Shown: piece by piece, positions 27,087-39,506 of the stretch
Numbering within the stretch: position 1 is the first letter of the stretch
How the letters are laid out: every line of letters starts with the position of its first letter
Origin: Anaeromyxobacteraceae bacterium
GTDB taxonomy: Bacteria; Myxococcota; Myxococcia; Myxococcales; Anaeromyxobacteraceae
Direction: 5' to 3'
NCBI GenBank assembly: GCA_032654565.1
Contig: JAULAX010000015.1
Coordinates: 256,001 to 320,000, forward strand
DNA: 64,000 nucleotides
The notes under the pieces: model-generated
Database searches by the model: none
The model's input: only the letters and a program-made list of their open reading frames with translations
What the model was told of the DNA's origin: nothing
Translations under genes and position numbers: made by a program

Positions 27087-28388
27087 ATGGGGCGCTGGAC
27101 CACCGCGGACGACGCCGTCACCGCCATCCGCTCGGGCCACCGGGTCTTCATCCACAGCGTGGCGGCCGCGCCGCGGCTGCTGGTCGAGGCCATGGCCGCC
27201 CGGGGCCCCGGCCTCCACGACGTCGAGGTGGTGCAGCTCCACACCGAGGGGCCCGCCCCCTACGCCGCGCCGGCCCAGGCCGGCCACTTCCGCGTCAACG
27301 CGCTCTTCGTCGGCGCCAACGTCCGCGCCGCGGTGCAGGAGGGGCGCGGCGACGCCACGCCGGTCTTCCTCTCCGACGTGCCGGCGCTCTTCCGGGACGG
27401 GACGCTGCCGCTCGACGTGGCGCTGGTGACGGTGAGCCCGCCGGACCGGCACGGCTACTGCTCGCTGGGGGTCTCGGTCGACGTGACGCGGGCGGCGGTG
27501 CGCGCGGCCGCCACGGTGATCGCGCAGGTCAACCGGTTCATGCCGCGGACCCACGGCGACGGGCTGGTCCACCTGGACGACCTCGACCTGCTGGTGGAGG
27601 GGGACGAGCCCATCCACGAGCTGGCGCGACCCACGCCCGACGCGGTGGAGCAGGCCATCGGCCGGCACGTGGCCGGGGTGGTCGAGGACGGCGCCGCGCT
27701 CCAGGTCGGCATCGGCGCCATCCCCGACGCGGTCCTGACGGCGCTCCGCGGCCACCGCCGCCTCGGCGTCCACACCGAGATGCTCACCGACGGGGTGATC
27801 GAGCTGGTCCGCTGCGGCGCCGTGACCGGCGAGGAGAAGCGGGTCCACCCCGGGAAGGTCGTCGCCGGCTTCGCGCTCGGCACCCGCGCCCTCTACGACT
27901 TCGTGGACGACAACCCGCTGGTCTCGCTGCTCGACATCAGCTACGTCAACGACACGGCCGTGATCCGGCGCAACCCGCGCGCCACCGCCATCAACGGGGC
28001 GATCGAGGTGGACCTGACCGGCCAGGTCTGCGCCGACTCGATCGGCGAGCGGATCTACTCCGGGGTGGGCGGGCAGCTCGACTTCGTCCGCGGCGCCGCG
28101 CTCTCGCCGGGCGGGCGGGCCATCATCGCCCTCCCCTCCACCACCTCGTCGGGCGCCTCGCGCATCGTCTCGACGCTCCAGCCGGGCGCCGGCGTGGTGA
28201 CCACCCGCGCCCACGTCCAGTTCGTGGTCACCGAGCACGGGGTCGCGGCGCTGCACGGCCGGAGCTTCCGGGAGCGGGCGGTGGCGCTGGCGGCCATCGC
28301 CCACCCGCGCCACCGCGAGCTGCTGCGGGCGGAGGCCACCCGGCGCTTCGGCCCCGGCCCGGCCCGGGCGGTCATGGGCGGGCGGTGA
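27087..28388 (+). CDS. Acetyl-CoA hydrolase/4-hydroxybutyrate CoA-transferase family
   Basis: LQVGIGAIPDAV, GVHTEM, SGVGGQLDF, VVTEHGVA. Confidence 0.92.
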   Translation: MGRWTTADDAVTAIRSGHRVFIHSVAAAPRLLVEAMAARGPGLHDVEVVQLHTEGPAPYAAPAQAGHFRVNALFVGANVRAAVQEGRGDATPVFLSDVPALFRDGTLPLDVALVTVSPPDRHGYCSLGVSVDVTRAAVRAAATVIAQVNRFMPRTHGDGLVHLDDLDLLVEGDEPIHELARPTPDAVEQAIGRHVAGVVEDGAALQVGIGAIPDAVLTALRGHRRLGVHTEMLTDGVIELVRCGAVTGEEKRVHPGKVVAGFALGTRALYDFVDDNPLVSLLDISYVNDTAVIRRNPRATAINGAIEVDLTGQVCADSIGERIYSGVGGQLDFVRGAALSPGGRAIIALPSTTSSGASRIVSTLQPGAGVVTTRAHVQFVVTEHGVAALHGRSFRERAVALAAIAHPRHRELLRAEATRRFGPGPARAVMGGR

Positions 28389-29184
28389 AGGCGGCGGCGC
28401 AGGCGTCGAGGCGGCGGCGCACCTCCTCCTCGAGCAGGTCGAGGTCGTTGCCGCTGCGCGGGTCGGCCCCCACGCAGGTGAGCAGGGCGTCGTAGAGGGA
28501 GCGGTCGCGCGCCAGCGCCTGGTAGTCGATGCGGCGCGGCACCGGCTCGCCGTCGCGCCCCGGCCGGAAGGCGCCGAAGAGCCCCTCCGAGCCCGGCTCC
28601 AGCTCCTCCTTGAGCGCCAGCAGGCGGGTCAGCGCCTCCAGGAAGCGCGGCCGCTCCAGGTGGCGCCGCTCCACCCGGGCCCCGGTCAGCGCCGCCACGG
28701 CGTCGAGCGCGGCGCGCAGGAAGGGGACGTCGGTGACCACCAGCCCGTAGAGGTGGAAGTCGGCGGAGGCGGCCTCGGCCAGCCCGGCCTCCTCCTCGTT
28801 GAGCCAGGCGTGGCTGGGGCAGAGGAACGACTCGCAGGTGGTGACGTCGTAGACCCCGGCGTCGCGCAGGTCGGGGCCGCCGGTCACCAGCGGGTGGGCC
28901 AGGCAGCCGACCCGGGTCTCGGCGGCGTCGAGGAAGCCGAGCAGCGGGCAGACCCGCACCGAGGGGAAGAGCGGCTCCGGCCCGCCGGCCGCCAGCCTCT
29001 CGGCCGCGGCGCGGAAGGCCGGCAGCGTCCGCTCCACCCGGCGCAGCGCCAGGGTGCGCCGGGTCAGCTCGGCCCGCACCGCCGCCCGCCCGTGGTCGCG
29101 GGTGTTGTAGAGGCCGCAGCAGGCGCCGCAGGAGGCCTCGGCCCGCTGGCAGAGCCGGATCACCCTCCCCTCCTGCAGGCCCAC
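28372..29184 (-). CDS. Conserved-looking Cys-rich hypothetical protein
   Basis: SCGACCGLY, CPLLGFLD, GCLAHP, CESFLCP. Confidence 0.7.
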   Translation of the reverse strand: MGLQEGRVIRLCQRAEASCGACCGLYNTRDHGRAAVRAELTRRTLALRRVERTLPAFRAAAERLAAGGPEPLFPSVRVCPLLGFLDAAETRVGCLAHPLVTGGPDLRDAGVYDVTTCESFLCPSHAWLNEEEAGLAEAASADFHLYGLVVTDVPFLRAALDAVAALTGARVERRHLERPRFLEALTRLLALKEELEPGSEGLFGAFRPGRDGEPVPRRIDYQALARDRSLYDALLTCVGADPRSGNDLDLLEEEVRRRLDACAAAFTARP

Positions 29185-29243
29185 CGGCCGGGCGCCGGGC
29201 GGGCGGGCCGGCGGCCTGGCCCGGCCTCCGGCCGGTGGTGGTG

Positions 29244-29314
29244 CTGAGGCGGAAGGATTCGAACCTTCATACGCGGATCCAAAGTCCGCAGTCCTGCCGT
29301 TGGACGACGCCTCA
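29244..29314 (-). tRNA. tRNA-Gln(TTG)
   Basis: TGAGGCGTCGTCCAACGGCAGGACTGCGGACTTTGGATCCGCGTATGAAGGTTCGAATCCTTCCGCCTCAG cloverleaf. Confidence 0.95.
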
Positions 29315-29355
29315 AGGTCGTTCGCAGTCTGGCGCGCCTGGTGGCGGGCGGGCCG

Positions 29356-30351
29356 CTACCAGCGCAGCAGCGCCGCGCCCCAGGTGAACCCGGCGCCGAA
29401 GGCGGTCACCGCGATCAGGTCGCCGCGCTGCACCCCGCGCGCCGCCACCGCCTCGTCGAGGCAGATGGGGATGGAGGCCGCCGTGGTGTTGCCGTACTTC
29501 ATGATGTTGTTGAAGACCTGGTCGTCGCGCAGCTCCAGCGACCGCTGCACCATCTGGCTGATGCGCAGGTTGGCCTGGTGGGGGATGAGCAGCTTGAGGT
29601 CGGCGGTGGTGAGGCCGTTCCTGGCGAGCACCGAGCGGACCACCTCCGGCATCTTGGAGATGGCGTGCTTGAAGACCTTCTGCCCCTCCATGTGCGGGAA
29701 GATCGAGCCGTCCTCGAGCATGCGCGGCTGGACCCGCGGGTGGTAGCGCGAGCCGGGGGCGTCGGTCCAGAGCTCCCTGGTGTAGCGGCCGTCGGCGTGC
29801 AGCTCGCAGGAGAGCACCCCGCGGCCGGGGTCGTCGGTGGCCTCCAGCAGCGCCGCCCCGGCCCCGTCGCCGAAGATCACCGAGACGTCGCGGCCGCGGG
29901 TGGTGACGTCGAGGCCGGTGGAGTGGACCTCCGAGCCCACCAGCAGGATGCGCTTGTAGGTGCCGCTGCGGATCCAGGCGTCGGCCACCGAGAGGCCGTA
30001 GATGAAGCCGGAGCACTGGTTGCGGATGTCGAGCGCCGGCACGCCGGGGAGCCCCAGCTTGGCGTTGAGGAAGCAGCCGTCGCCGGGGAAGAGGTGGTCG
30101 GGCGAGAGCGAGGCGTAGATGATGGCCTCGACGTCGCAGGCCTGCCAGCCGGCCCGGGCCAGCGCCTGGCGGGCCGCCCCCAGCGCCAGGTCCGAGTTGC
30201 CGGTCTCCTCCCCCACCCAGCGCCGCTCCTCGATGCCGGTCCGCTCGCGGATCCAGGCGTCGGTGGTGTCCATCACCCGGGTCAGCTCGTCGTTGGTGAC
30301 CACCCGCTCGGGCAGGCAGGTGCCGAGGGCGGCGATGGCGGTGCGGGGCAT
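29356..30351 (-). CDS. fabH: Beta-ketoacyl-ACP synthase III
   Basis: RTGIEERR, QCSGF, FGDGAGA, PHQANLRI, YGNTTAAS, FGAGFTWG. Confidence 0.9.
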   Translation of the reverse strand: MPRTAIAALGTCLPERVVTNDELTRVMDTTDAWIRERTGIEERRWVGEETGNSDLALGAARQALARAGWQACDVEAIIYASLSPDHLFPGDGCFLNAKLGLPGVPALDIRNQCSGFIYGLSVADAWIRSGTYKRILLVGSEVHSTGLDVTTRGRDVSVIFGDGAGAALLEATDDPGRGVLSCELHADGRYTRELWTDAPGSRYHPRVQPRMLEDGSIFPHMEGQKVFKHAISKMPEVVRSVLARNGLTTADLKLLIPHQANLRISQMVQRSLELRDDQVFNNIMKYGNTTAASIPICLDEAVAARGVQRGDLIAVTAFGAGFTWGAALLRW

Positions 30352-30370
30352 GTGGGCTCCGGTCCGGCGG

Positions 30371-32869
<2,499 letters not shown>

Positions 32870-32945
32870 TTAGGTAACACATCCGTATAGCAGAGCCGGG
32901 GTCGGCCAGCAACGGGGAAACCGGGGGGCAAGGGTCCGGAACGGC

Positions 32946-34055
32946 TCAGGAAATGAGCGGGGAGATCGCCCCGGCGGAGACCGCGAAGAAGAGCGTCTCC
33001 GGGCCGGCCAGCGGCTCGATGAGCCGCCGGTCGGTGGAGGTGAGGAAGGCCTGCGCCGGCAGCCCGGCCACGTAGTCGAGCAGGAAGCCGTTCTTCTCCG
33101 GGTCGAGCTCGCTGGAGACGTCGTCGAGCAGCAGGAGCGGCGCCTCCTGCTGCACGGCGCGCAGGTTCTCCACCTCGGCGATCCGCAGCGCCAGGGCGAA
33201 GGCCCGCTGCTGCCCCTGGCTGCCGTAGGTGCGCGCCGCCCGCCCCCCCAGCCCGAAGAGCAGGTCGTCCATGTGCGGGCCGCTGGTGGAGTAGCCGCGC
33301 TCCTGGTCGCGCCCCAGCCGCGCCTCCAGCAGGTCGCCGAGCCGGCCGGCCAGCGCCGCCTCGCTGCCGGCGGTGGAGAGCCCGCCGCTGGGCCGGTAGG
33401 AGAGGATGGCCTCGGGCGCCCCGGGCCCGGAGATCTCGGTGAAGGCCACGGCCAGCCGCGGCGAGAGCTCCTCGACGATGTCGCGGCGCCGGCGCAGCAG
33501 CCGGGCCCCGGCCCGGATCATGGGGGCGCGGAAGCTCTGCTCCACCGCCGTCGCCCCGGCCCGCAGGGCGGCGTTCCGCTCCCGCAGCGCCCGCACGTAC
33601 TCGCGGGCCTCGCCGAGCACCGCCGGCCAGCGGTTGAAGGCGGCCCGGTCGAGGAAGCGCCGCCGCCCGTCCGGCCCCCCCTTCACCAGCTGCAGGTCGT
33701 CGGGGGAGAAGCAGACCGCGGCCAGGCCGTCGAGGTAGTCGTCGAGCCGGTCGATGGGCTTGCCGTCGAGCAGGGCCTGGCGCTGGCCGGGCAGCACCTC
33801 CACCGAGAGCCGCCGCTCCACGGTGCCGCGCCGGACGCTGGCCCCCACCGAGGCGCGCGGCTGGCCGAAGCGGATCAGCTCGGCGAGCCGGGCGGCCCGC
33901 AACGGCCGCAGCGTGGTCAGCAGGTAGACCGCCTCGAGCAGGTTGGTCTTCCCCTGCCCATTCGCCCCCAGCAGCACGGTGAGCCGCGGCGACGGCTGGA
34001 GCGAGACCTCGCCGAGGTTGCGGAAGTCCTGGAGCTGGAGCGAGCCGATGTGCAC
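32946..34055 (-). CDS. recF: DNA replication/repair protein RecF
   Basis: GANGQGKTN, SQGQQR, LLLDDVSSELD. Confidence 0.96.
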   Translation of the reverse strand: MHIGSLQLQDFRNLGEVSLQPSPRLTVLLGANGQGKTNLLEAVYLLTTLRPLRAARLAELIRFGQPRASVGASVRRGTVERRLSVEVLPGQRQALLDGKPIDRLDDYLDGLAAVCFSPDDLQLVKGGPDGRRRFLDRAAFNRWPAVLGEAREYVRALRERNAALRAGATAVEQSFRAPMIRAGARLLRRRRDIVEELSPRLAVAFTEISGPGAPEAILSYRPSGGLSTAGSEAALAGRLGDLLEARLGRDQERGYSTSGPHMDDLLFGLGGRAARTYGSQGQQRAFALALRIAEVENLRAVQQEAPLLLLDDVSSELDPEKNGFLLDYVAGLPAQAFLTSTDRRLIEPLAGPETLFFAVSAGAISPLIS

Positions 34056-34132
34056 TTCTCAGCCCTCGCCACCACCGGGCGCCGCCAGGCGGCCTGCTGC
34101 GCCGCGGGGGTGGCGCCGGGGGTGAGCCGACA

Positions 34133-35260
34133 TCAGATGCGCATCGGCATCACCACCGCGGTGTAGCCGGCGTCCGGCTCGCCGGCCCCCTTGAGGACGC
34201 CGGGGGAGAGATCGTCGGCCAGCTCGAGCTGCACGTCGTCGGCCTTGAGCGCGGCGACCACGTCGGTGAGGTAGCGGGAGTTGAAGCCGATCTTGAGCGG
34301 CTCGCCGGTGTACTCCACCGGCACGTCCTCGCGGGCGTCGCCGAGGTCGGGGTTCTGCGAGAGCACCCGCAGCGTTCCGGCCGAGAGCTCCAGCTTGACG
34401 GCGTGGGACTTGTCGGAGGAGAGCAGCGAGACCCGCCGCAGCGTCTCCAGGAAGCGCTGCCGCCCCACCTTGACGATCTTCTCGCCCGGCTTGGGGATGA
34501 CCTGCTTGTAGTCGGGGAAGAGCCCCTCGATGAGCCGCATCACCAGGGTGACGCCGGGGCGCTTGAAGACCGCCGAGTTCTCGGCGAAGCCGAGCTGGGC
34601 CAGCGGCTTCTCCTCGCCGGCCTCGGCCGCCTCGGTGAGCAGCTTGCGCAGCTCCTGCAGCCCCTTCTTGGGGAGGATGACCCCCTTCTTCAGGCCGAAG
34701 TCACCGGCCAGGGGGCGCTCCGAGACCGCCAGCCGGTGGCCGTCGGTGGCCACCAGGCGCAGGATCGCCCCCTGCGGCTCGAAGAAGACGCCGTTCAGGT
34801 TGTAGCGGGTCTCGTCGTTGGAGGCGGCGAAGAAGGTCCGCTCGATCTGGTCGAGCAGCGACTTCGGCTCGACGTCGACGAAGGGGAGCTTGTCGAAGCG
34901 GGGCAGCGCCGGGAAGTCCTCGGCCGGGAGCCCGACGATGCGGAACTCGGACGGGCCGCTCTTCACCTCGAGGTAGTTGTTGCCGGCCCGCTTCAGCGTG
35001 ACCGTCTGCTCGGGGAGGGCGCGGACGATCTCGTAGAGGTGCTTGGCGGAGACCGCCAGGGCGCCCTCCTTCTGGACCTCGCAGGTGTGCTGCGAGGTGA
35101 CCGAGAGGTCGAGGTCGGTGGCCGAGAGGTGCAGCTCGTTGCCGGCGCGGGCCTCGACCAGCACGTGGGAGAGGATCGGCATGGTCGACTTGCGCTCGAC
35201 GATGCCCTGCGAGCGGGCCAGCGCCCGGGCCAGCTCCTGGGATCCGATCTTCAGTTCCAT
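34133..35260 (-). CDS. dnaN: DNA polymerase III beta clamp
   Basis: TMPILSHV, ATDLD, VATDGHRL, FPDY, VVMPMRI. Confidence 0.97.
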   Translation of the reverse strand: MELKIGSQELARALARSQGIVERKSTMPILSHVLVEARAGNELHLSATDLDLSVTSQHTCEVQKEGALAVSAKHLYEIVRALPEQTVTLKRAGNNYLEVKSGPSEFRIVGLPAEDFPALPRFDKLPFVDVEPKSLLDQIERTFFAASNDETRYNLNGVFFEPQGAILRLVATDGHRLAVSERPLAGDFGLKKGVILPKKGLQELRKLLTEAAEAGEEKPLAQLGFAENSAVFKRPGVTLVMRLIEGLFPDYKQVIPKPGEKIVKVGRQRFLETLRRVSLLSSDKSHAVKLELSAGTLRVLSQNPDLGDAREDVPVEYTGEPLKIGFNSRYLTDVVAALKADDVQLELADDLSPGVLKGAGEPDAGYTAVVMPMRI

Positions 35261-35489
35261 AAGAGAAGCTCTCTTCTTCTTTGATACCGCCGTAGTAGCA
35301 GGGGGCGGATCGATGTGGACAAGTGAGTCGAGCCAGCGGAAAGACGGACGTTTCTGCTCTGGAGAACGGTGCCGATCAGCGCGGGTCCGACTTGTGTAGC
35401 GTGCGGCTGATCGAGGTGTCAACGACGGGACACGGTGGATCCCCGGGCCGATCCGGGCGTGATCCACGGCCCTTCCACGGGACCGTCGG
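35261..35489. promoter_or_regulatory. Candidate oriC segment with DnaA-box-like sites
   Basis: dnaA-dnaN intergenic; TTGTCCACA (minus, 35314-35322) plus degenerate TGATCCACG 35460-35468 and CCTTCCACG 35471-35479. Confidence 0.45.
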
Positions 35490-36851
35490 TCAGGGGGCCA
35501 GCTTCTGTGTCAGGGTGGCCACCGCGGTCTGGATGGCCGGGTCCTGGCCGAGCAGCTCCTCGACCCGCTCCTTGGCCGAGATCACCGTGGAGTGGTCCTT
35601 CTTGTTGAACTTCTCGGCGATGAGCTGGAAGGTCTCCTTGGCCAGCTCGCGGCAGAGGAACATGGCCACCTGGCGGGGGATGGCGATCTTCTGCTCGCGC
35701 GAGGAGCTGGTCAGCTTGGCCACGGTCAGCCCGTAGTGGGCGGCGGTGGCCTCCTGGATCCGCTCGATGGTCGGCTTGTAGCCGGGGGGCGGGATGACGT
35801 CGGAGAGGACGTCGCGGGCCAGCCGGACGCTGATGGGCTCGGCCTTGAGCGAGGCGAAGGCGGAGAGCTTGGTGAGGGCGCCGTGCAGCTCGCGGACGTT
35901 GGAGCGGATGTGGGTGGCCAGCAGGGTGGCCACCTCGTCGGGGAGCTCGATCTGCTCCAGCTCCGCCTTCTTCTTCAGGATGGCGGCCCGGGTCTCGAAC
36001 TCGGGGACGTCGATCTGCACCCGCATCCCCCACTCGAAGCGGGAGCAGAGCCGCTCCTCCAGCCCCTTCAGCTCCTTGGGGCTGCGGTCGCTGGAGAGGA
36101 CGATCTGCACCCCCTGCTCGTAGAGGGTGTTGAAGGTGTGGAAGAACTCCTCGGCGGTCTTGTCCTTGCCGGCGAAGAACTGCACGTCGTCGATCAGCAG
36201 CGCCGCGCACTGGCGGTAGCGGCGGCGGAACTCGTCGAGCGTCCCCTTGCGCAGGGCGTCGACGAAGTCGTTGGTGTAGCGCTCGGAGGTGACCACCGCC
36301 ACCGGGACGCCCGGGGAGGCGGCCAGGATGGAGTTGCCGATGGCGTGGAGCAGGTGGGTCTTGCCGAGGCCGGAGTCGCCGTGGAGGAAGAGCGGGTTCC
36401 AGGCGTGGCCGGGCTTCTGGGCCACGGCCTGGGCGGCGGCGAAGGCGAAGCGGTTGGACTCGCCGACCACGAAGGTCTCGAAGGTGTAGCGCTGGCTGGG
36501 GCGCCGCTCGAGCTGGTCGTTGCCGGCCGGGGGGGGCGGGGCCGGGGTGGCCTCGGCGGCGGCGGCGGCGCGCGGCCGGTCGTCGACCACGAAGACCACC
36601 CGCAGCGGGCTGCCGGTCACGGTGGGGAGGAACTCCTCGAACCAGGGGCGGTAGTTGTCGTCGACGAAGTCGCGGTGGAACTTGTCCGGGGCGGCGACGT
36701 GAAGCCGGCCGTCGTCGATGGCGCTGGCCCGCAGCGGCGAGAACCAGCGCTCGTAGAGGTCGGGCCGGAGCCGTGAGCGCAGGTAGCCGTCCACCCGGGC
36801 CCAGGTCTCGTCCAGCGCCGTCGACTCCCGCGTCCTCGCAGGTGATTCCAT
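35490..36851 (-). CDS. dnaA: Chromosomal replication initiator DnaA
   Basis: YTFETFVVGESN, NPLFLHGDSGLGKTHL, LIDDVQF, EEFFHTFN, KDHSTVI. Confidence 0.98.
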   Translation of the reverse strand: MESPARTRESTALDETWARVDGYLRSRLRPDLYERWFSPLRASAIDDGRLHVAAPDKFHRDFVDDNYRPWFEEFLPTVTGSPLRVVFVVDDRPRAAAAAEATPAPPPPAGNDQLERRPSQRYTFETFVVGESNRFAFAAAQAVAQKPGHAWNPLFLHGDSGLGKTHLLHAIGNSILAASPGVPVAVVTSERYTNDFVDALRKGTLDEFRRRYRQCAALLIDDVQFFAGKDKTAEEFFHTFNTLYEQGVQIVLSSDRSPKELKGLEERLCSRFEWGMRVQIDVPEFETRAAILKKKAELEQIELPDEVATLLATHIRSNVRELHGALTKLSAFASLKAEPISVRLARDVLSDVIPPPGYKPTIERIQEATAAHYGLTVAKLTSSSREQKIAIPRQVAMFLCRELAKETFQLIAEKFNKKDHSTVISAKERVEELLGQDPAIQTAVATLTQKLAP

Positions 36852-37115
36852 GAAAAGTCCCCCGCCGCGGCTGGCCGGTACCAGAGACCAACGGAAAACG
36901 GCTCCGGGGATCAGTCCTGATCCGCGGCGTTTCGTGACGTCGATGTTCGTGGATGGTGTCGCTGCCGTGCCGCGTGTTTCGGGCAAACAAGCACGGCGGC
37001 GCGGCTGGATCAAGGGCAAGAATGAGGCGCGCGGGAGGGCTGCGGAAGCAGGGCGCTTTCGGTCGAGGGGGGCGGACCTTGACATGCCGCACGTGATCGT
37101 GGAGGTTGCCGCGCC

Positions 37116-37265
37116 ATGAAGCGCACTTACCAGCCCAAGAAGATCAAGCGGAACCGCACCCACGGCTTCCGGAAGCGGATGGCGACCCCGGGCGGTCGCA
37201 ACGTCATCAAGCGTCGTCGTGCCAAGGGGCGCAAGCGCCTCACGACCAAGGCGCCCATCAAGTAG
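37116..37265 (+). CDS. rpmH: 50S ribosomal protein L34
   Basis: [42 protein letters not shown]. Confidence 0.97.
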   Translation: MKRTYQPKKIKRNRTHGFRKRMATPGGRNVIKRRRAKGRKRLTTKAPIK

Positions 37266-37273
37266 AATCACAG

Positions 37274-37616
37274 GTGAAGCTGCCCAAGGCCGCGCGCCTT
37301 CGGCGCCGCCGTGAGTTCCTCGCGGTGCAGGAACGCGGCTCCCGGCTCTGCCCGGGCGTGCTGCTGGTCCTGCGTGGCGCCGATGTGGTCGACCGGGCGA
37401 GGATCGGGATCACGGTGTCGTCCAAGGTCGCCAACGCGGTCGGGCGGAACCGGGTCAAGCGCTGGGTGCGCGAGGCCTTCCGCGAGATCCAGGCGGAGCT
37501 GCCGGCGGTCGACCCTGGTGGTCATCGCCCGGACGGGCGCGCTCGACCAGGGGCTGGCCGGCGCGCGCCGGGCCCTGGCGGCGGCCCGCGACGAGCTGAA
37601 GCGGCGGGGCCCGTGA
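37274..37616 (+). CDS. rnpA: RNase P protein component with an apparent +1 frameshift at 37513-37515
   Basis: [35 protein letters not shown] is restored by removing one C. Confidence 0.9.
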
Positions 37617-37825
37617 TCGCCAGGGCGCTGGTGGTGCTGGTCCGCTTCTACCAGCGGTTCATCGGCCCCGGCCTGCCGGCCGCCTGCCGGTTCCACCCCA
37701 GCTGCTCCACCTACGCCGTCGAGGCCCTGCAGCGCCACGGGGCGGGGCGGGGCGGCTGGCTCACCATCCGGCGGCTCGGCCGCTGTCATCCTTTTCATCC
37801 CGGCGGCATCGATCCGGTGCCCTGA
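37613..37825 (+). CDS. yidD: Membrane protein insertion efficiency factor
   Basis: [25 protein letters not shown]. Confidence 0.95.
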   Translation: MIARALVVLVRFYQRFIGPGLPAACRFHPSCSTYAVEALQRHGAGRGGWLTIRRLGRCHPFHPGGIDPVP

Positions 37826-37842
37826 CCGCAGCGAGGTTCTTC

Positions 37843-39489
37843 GTGCCTACCGACAATCGCCGCTTCTTCATCGCCATCCTGGCCTCCATCGCCATCGTCT
37901 TCGGCTGGCAGCTGCTCTTCCCGCCGCCGAAGCCGAAGCCGGTGGTGGCGGCGGCCAACACCCAGGCGGCGGCCCCGGTGGCGCTCGCCGGTTCGGCGGC
38001 GGCGCTCCCCTCCCCTGCCCCGGCCGCCGCGGCGGTGCCCGAGGCCCCCGAGGAGCTGGTGACGCTCAAGGGGGCCGACTTCGCGGTGGTGCTCACCAGC
38101 CACGGCGGCGCCATCAAGCACGTCGAGCTGCTGGGGGAGAAGTTCCAGCGCACCGCCGAGGGCAAGCTCATCCCCATCGACATGGTCCGGGTGGCTCCCG
38201 GGGCGCCGCTGCCGCTCACCGTGGCGGTCTCGCCGGAGCTGGGCGGCCCGGCCGACCTGATGCGCGATCCCGGCGCCCGCGGCTCGATGCGGGTGGTCTC
38301 GCGCGACGCCCAGGGGGTGGTCTTCGAGGGGCGCACCGGCGCCGTGGCCATCACCAAGAGCTACCGGCTGACCGGCAAGCCCTACGAGCTGGCCATCGAG
38401 CTGACCCTCTCCGGCGCCGCGGCGGCCGGGACCGCGTCGGTGATCTTCGACGGCTACATGCCCCCCTCCACCTCCAGCGGCAGCATCTTCTCCGGCCCGC
38501 CGCTCGACTTCGTCCGGCCGGTCTGCCGGGCCGGCACCAAGACCGAGCGGTTCGACACCGCCGGCGACGAGGTGCAGAAGAAGCTGGAGGGGGCGGTGGC
38601 CTGGGCCGGCATCGACCAGCACTACTTCACCGCGGCGCTGCTGCCGAGCGCACCGGGCGGGAGCTGCCTCTTCCTCAAGGGGGGCGAGAAGGGGAGCGGC
38701 GCCGCCGTCATCCAGTACCCGCTCGACCCGTCCGGGCGGAAGCTGGCCTTCACCCTCTTCGCCGGCCCCAAGCAGCTCGACCTGCTCAAGGCCTACGCCA
38801 AGCACGGCGGCCAGGACCGGGCCTTCGAGTCGGCCATCGACTACGGGCCGGTGAGCAACTTCTTCGCCTTCTTCGCCCAGATCCTGCTCGGGGTGATGCG
38901 CTGGTTCCACGCCTTCGTGGCCAACTGGGGCACGGCCATCATCCTCCTGACCATCTCGGTCAAGGTGCTGCTCTACCCGCTGACGTTCAAGTCGATGCAG
39001 TCGATGAACGCCATGCGCAAGCTGCAGCCGGAGATCGAGAAGCTCAAGGCCAAGCACGGCGACGACCGCGAGGCCATGAGCCGGGCGCAGATGGCCCTCT
39101 TCCAGCAGCACAAGGTCAACCCGGCCGGCGGCTGCCTGCCCATGCTGCTGCAGATGCCCATCTGGTTCGCGCTCTACGCGGCGCTGCAGACCTCGGTGGA
39201 GCTCTACCGGGCCCCGTTCCTGTGGATGACCGACCTGACCCAGCAGGACCCCTACTTCATCCTGCCGGTGGCCATGGGGGTCACCAGCTTCATCATGCAG
39301 AAGTTCTCGCCGCAGCCCACCGACAACACCCAGGCGAAGATGATGCTCTACTTCTTCCCCGGCTTCTTCACGGTGATGATGCTCTTCGTGCCGTCCGGGC
39401 TGACGCTCTACATCTTCGTCAACAACCTGCTCTCGATCGCCCAGCAGCAGCTGGTCAACCGGATGCAGGACCGCCCTGCCAAGACCTAG
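37843..39489 (+). CDS. yidC: Membrane protein insertase YidC
   Basis: NWGTAII, NPAGGCLPMLLQMPIWFALY, DPYFILP. Confidence 0.96.
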   Translation: MPTDNRRFFIAILASIAIVFGWQLLFPPPKPKPVVAAANTQAAAPVALAGSAAALPSPAPAAAAVPEAPEELVTLKGADFAVVLTSHGGAIKHVELLGEKFQRTAEGKLIPIDMVRVAPGAPLPLTVAVSPELGGPADLMRDPGARGSMRVVSRDAQGVVFEGRTGAVAITKSYRLTGKPYELAIELTLSGAAAAGTASVIFDGYMPPSTSSGSIFSGPPLDFVRPVCRAGTKTERFDTAGDEVQKKLEGAVAWAGIDQHYFTAALLPSAPGGSCLFLKGGEKGSGAAVIQYPLDPSGRKLAFTLFAGPKQLDLLKAYAKHGGQDRAFESAIDYGPVSNFFAFFAQILLGVMRWFHAFVANWGTAIILLTISVKVLLYPLTFKSMQSMNAMRKLQPEIEKLKAKHGDDREAMSRAQMALFQQHKVNPAGGCLPMLLQMPIWFALYAALQTSVELYRAPFLWMTDLTQQDPYFILPVAMGVTSFIMQKFSPQPTDNTQAKMMLYFFPGFFTVMMLFVPSGLTLYIFVNNLLSIAQQQLVNRMQDRPAKT

Positions 39490-39506
39490 GGTTCACGGAG
39501 AGTCAC

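Noticed and set aside
37274..37616. rnpA as a true pseudogene
   Set aside because: Normally essential, otherwise intact, and the indel context suggests a sequencing error.
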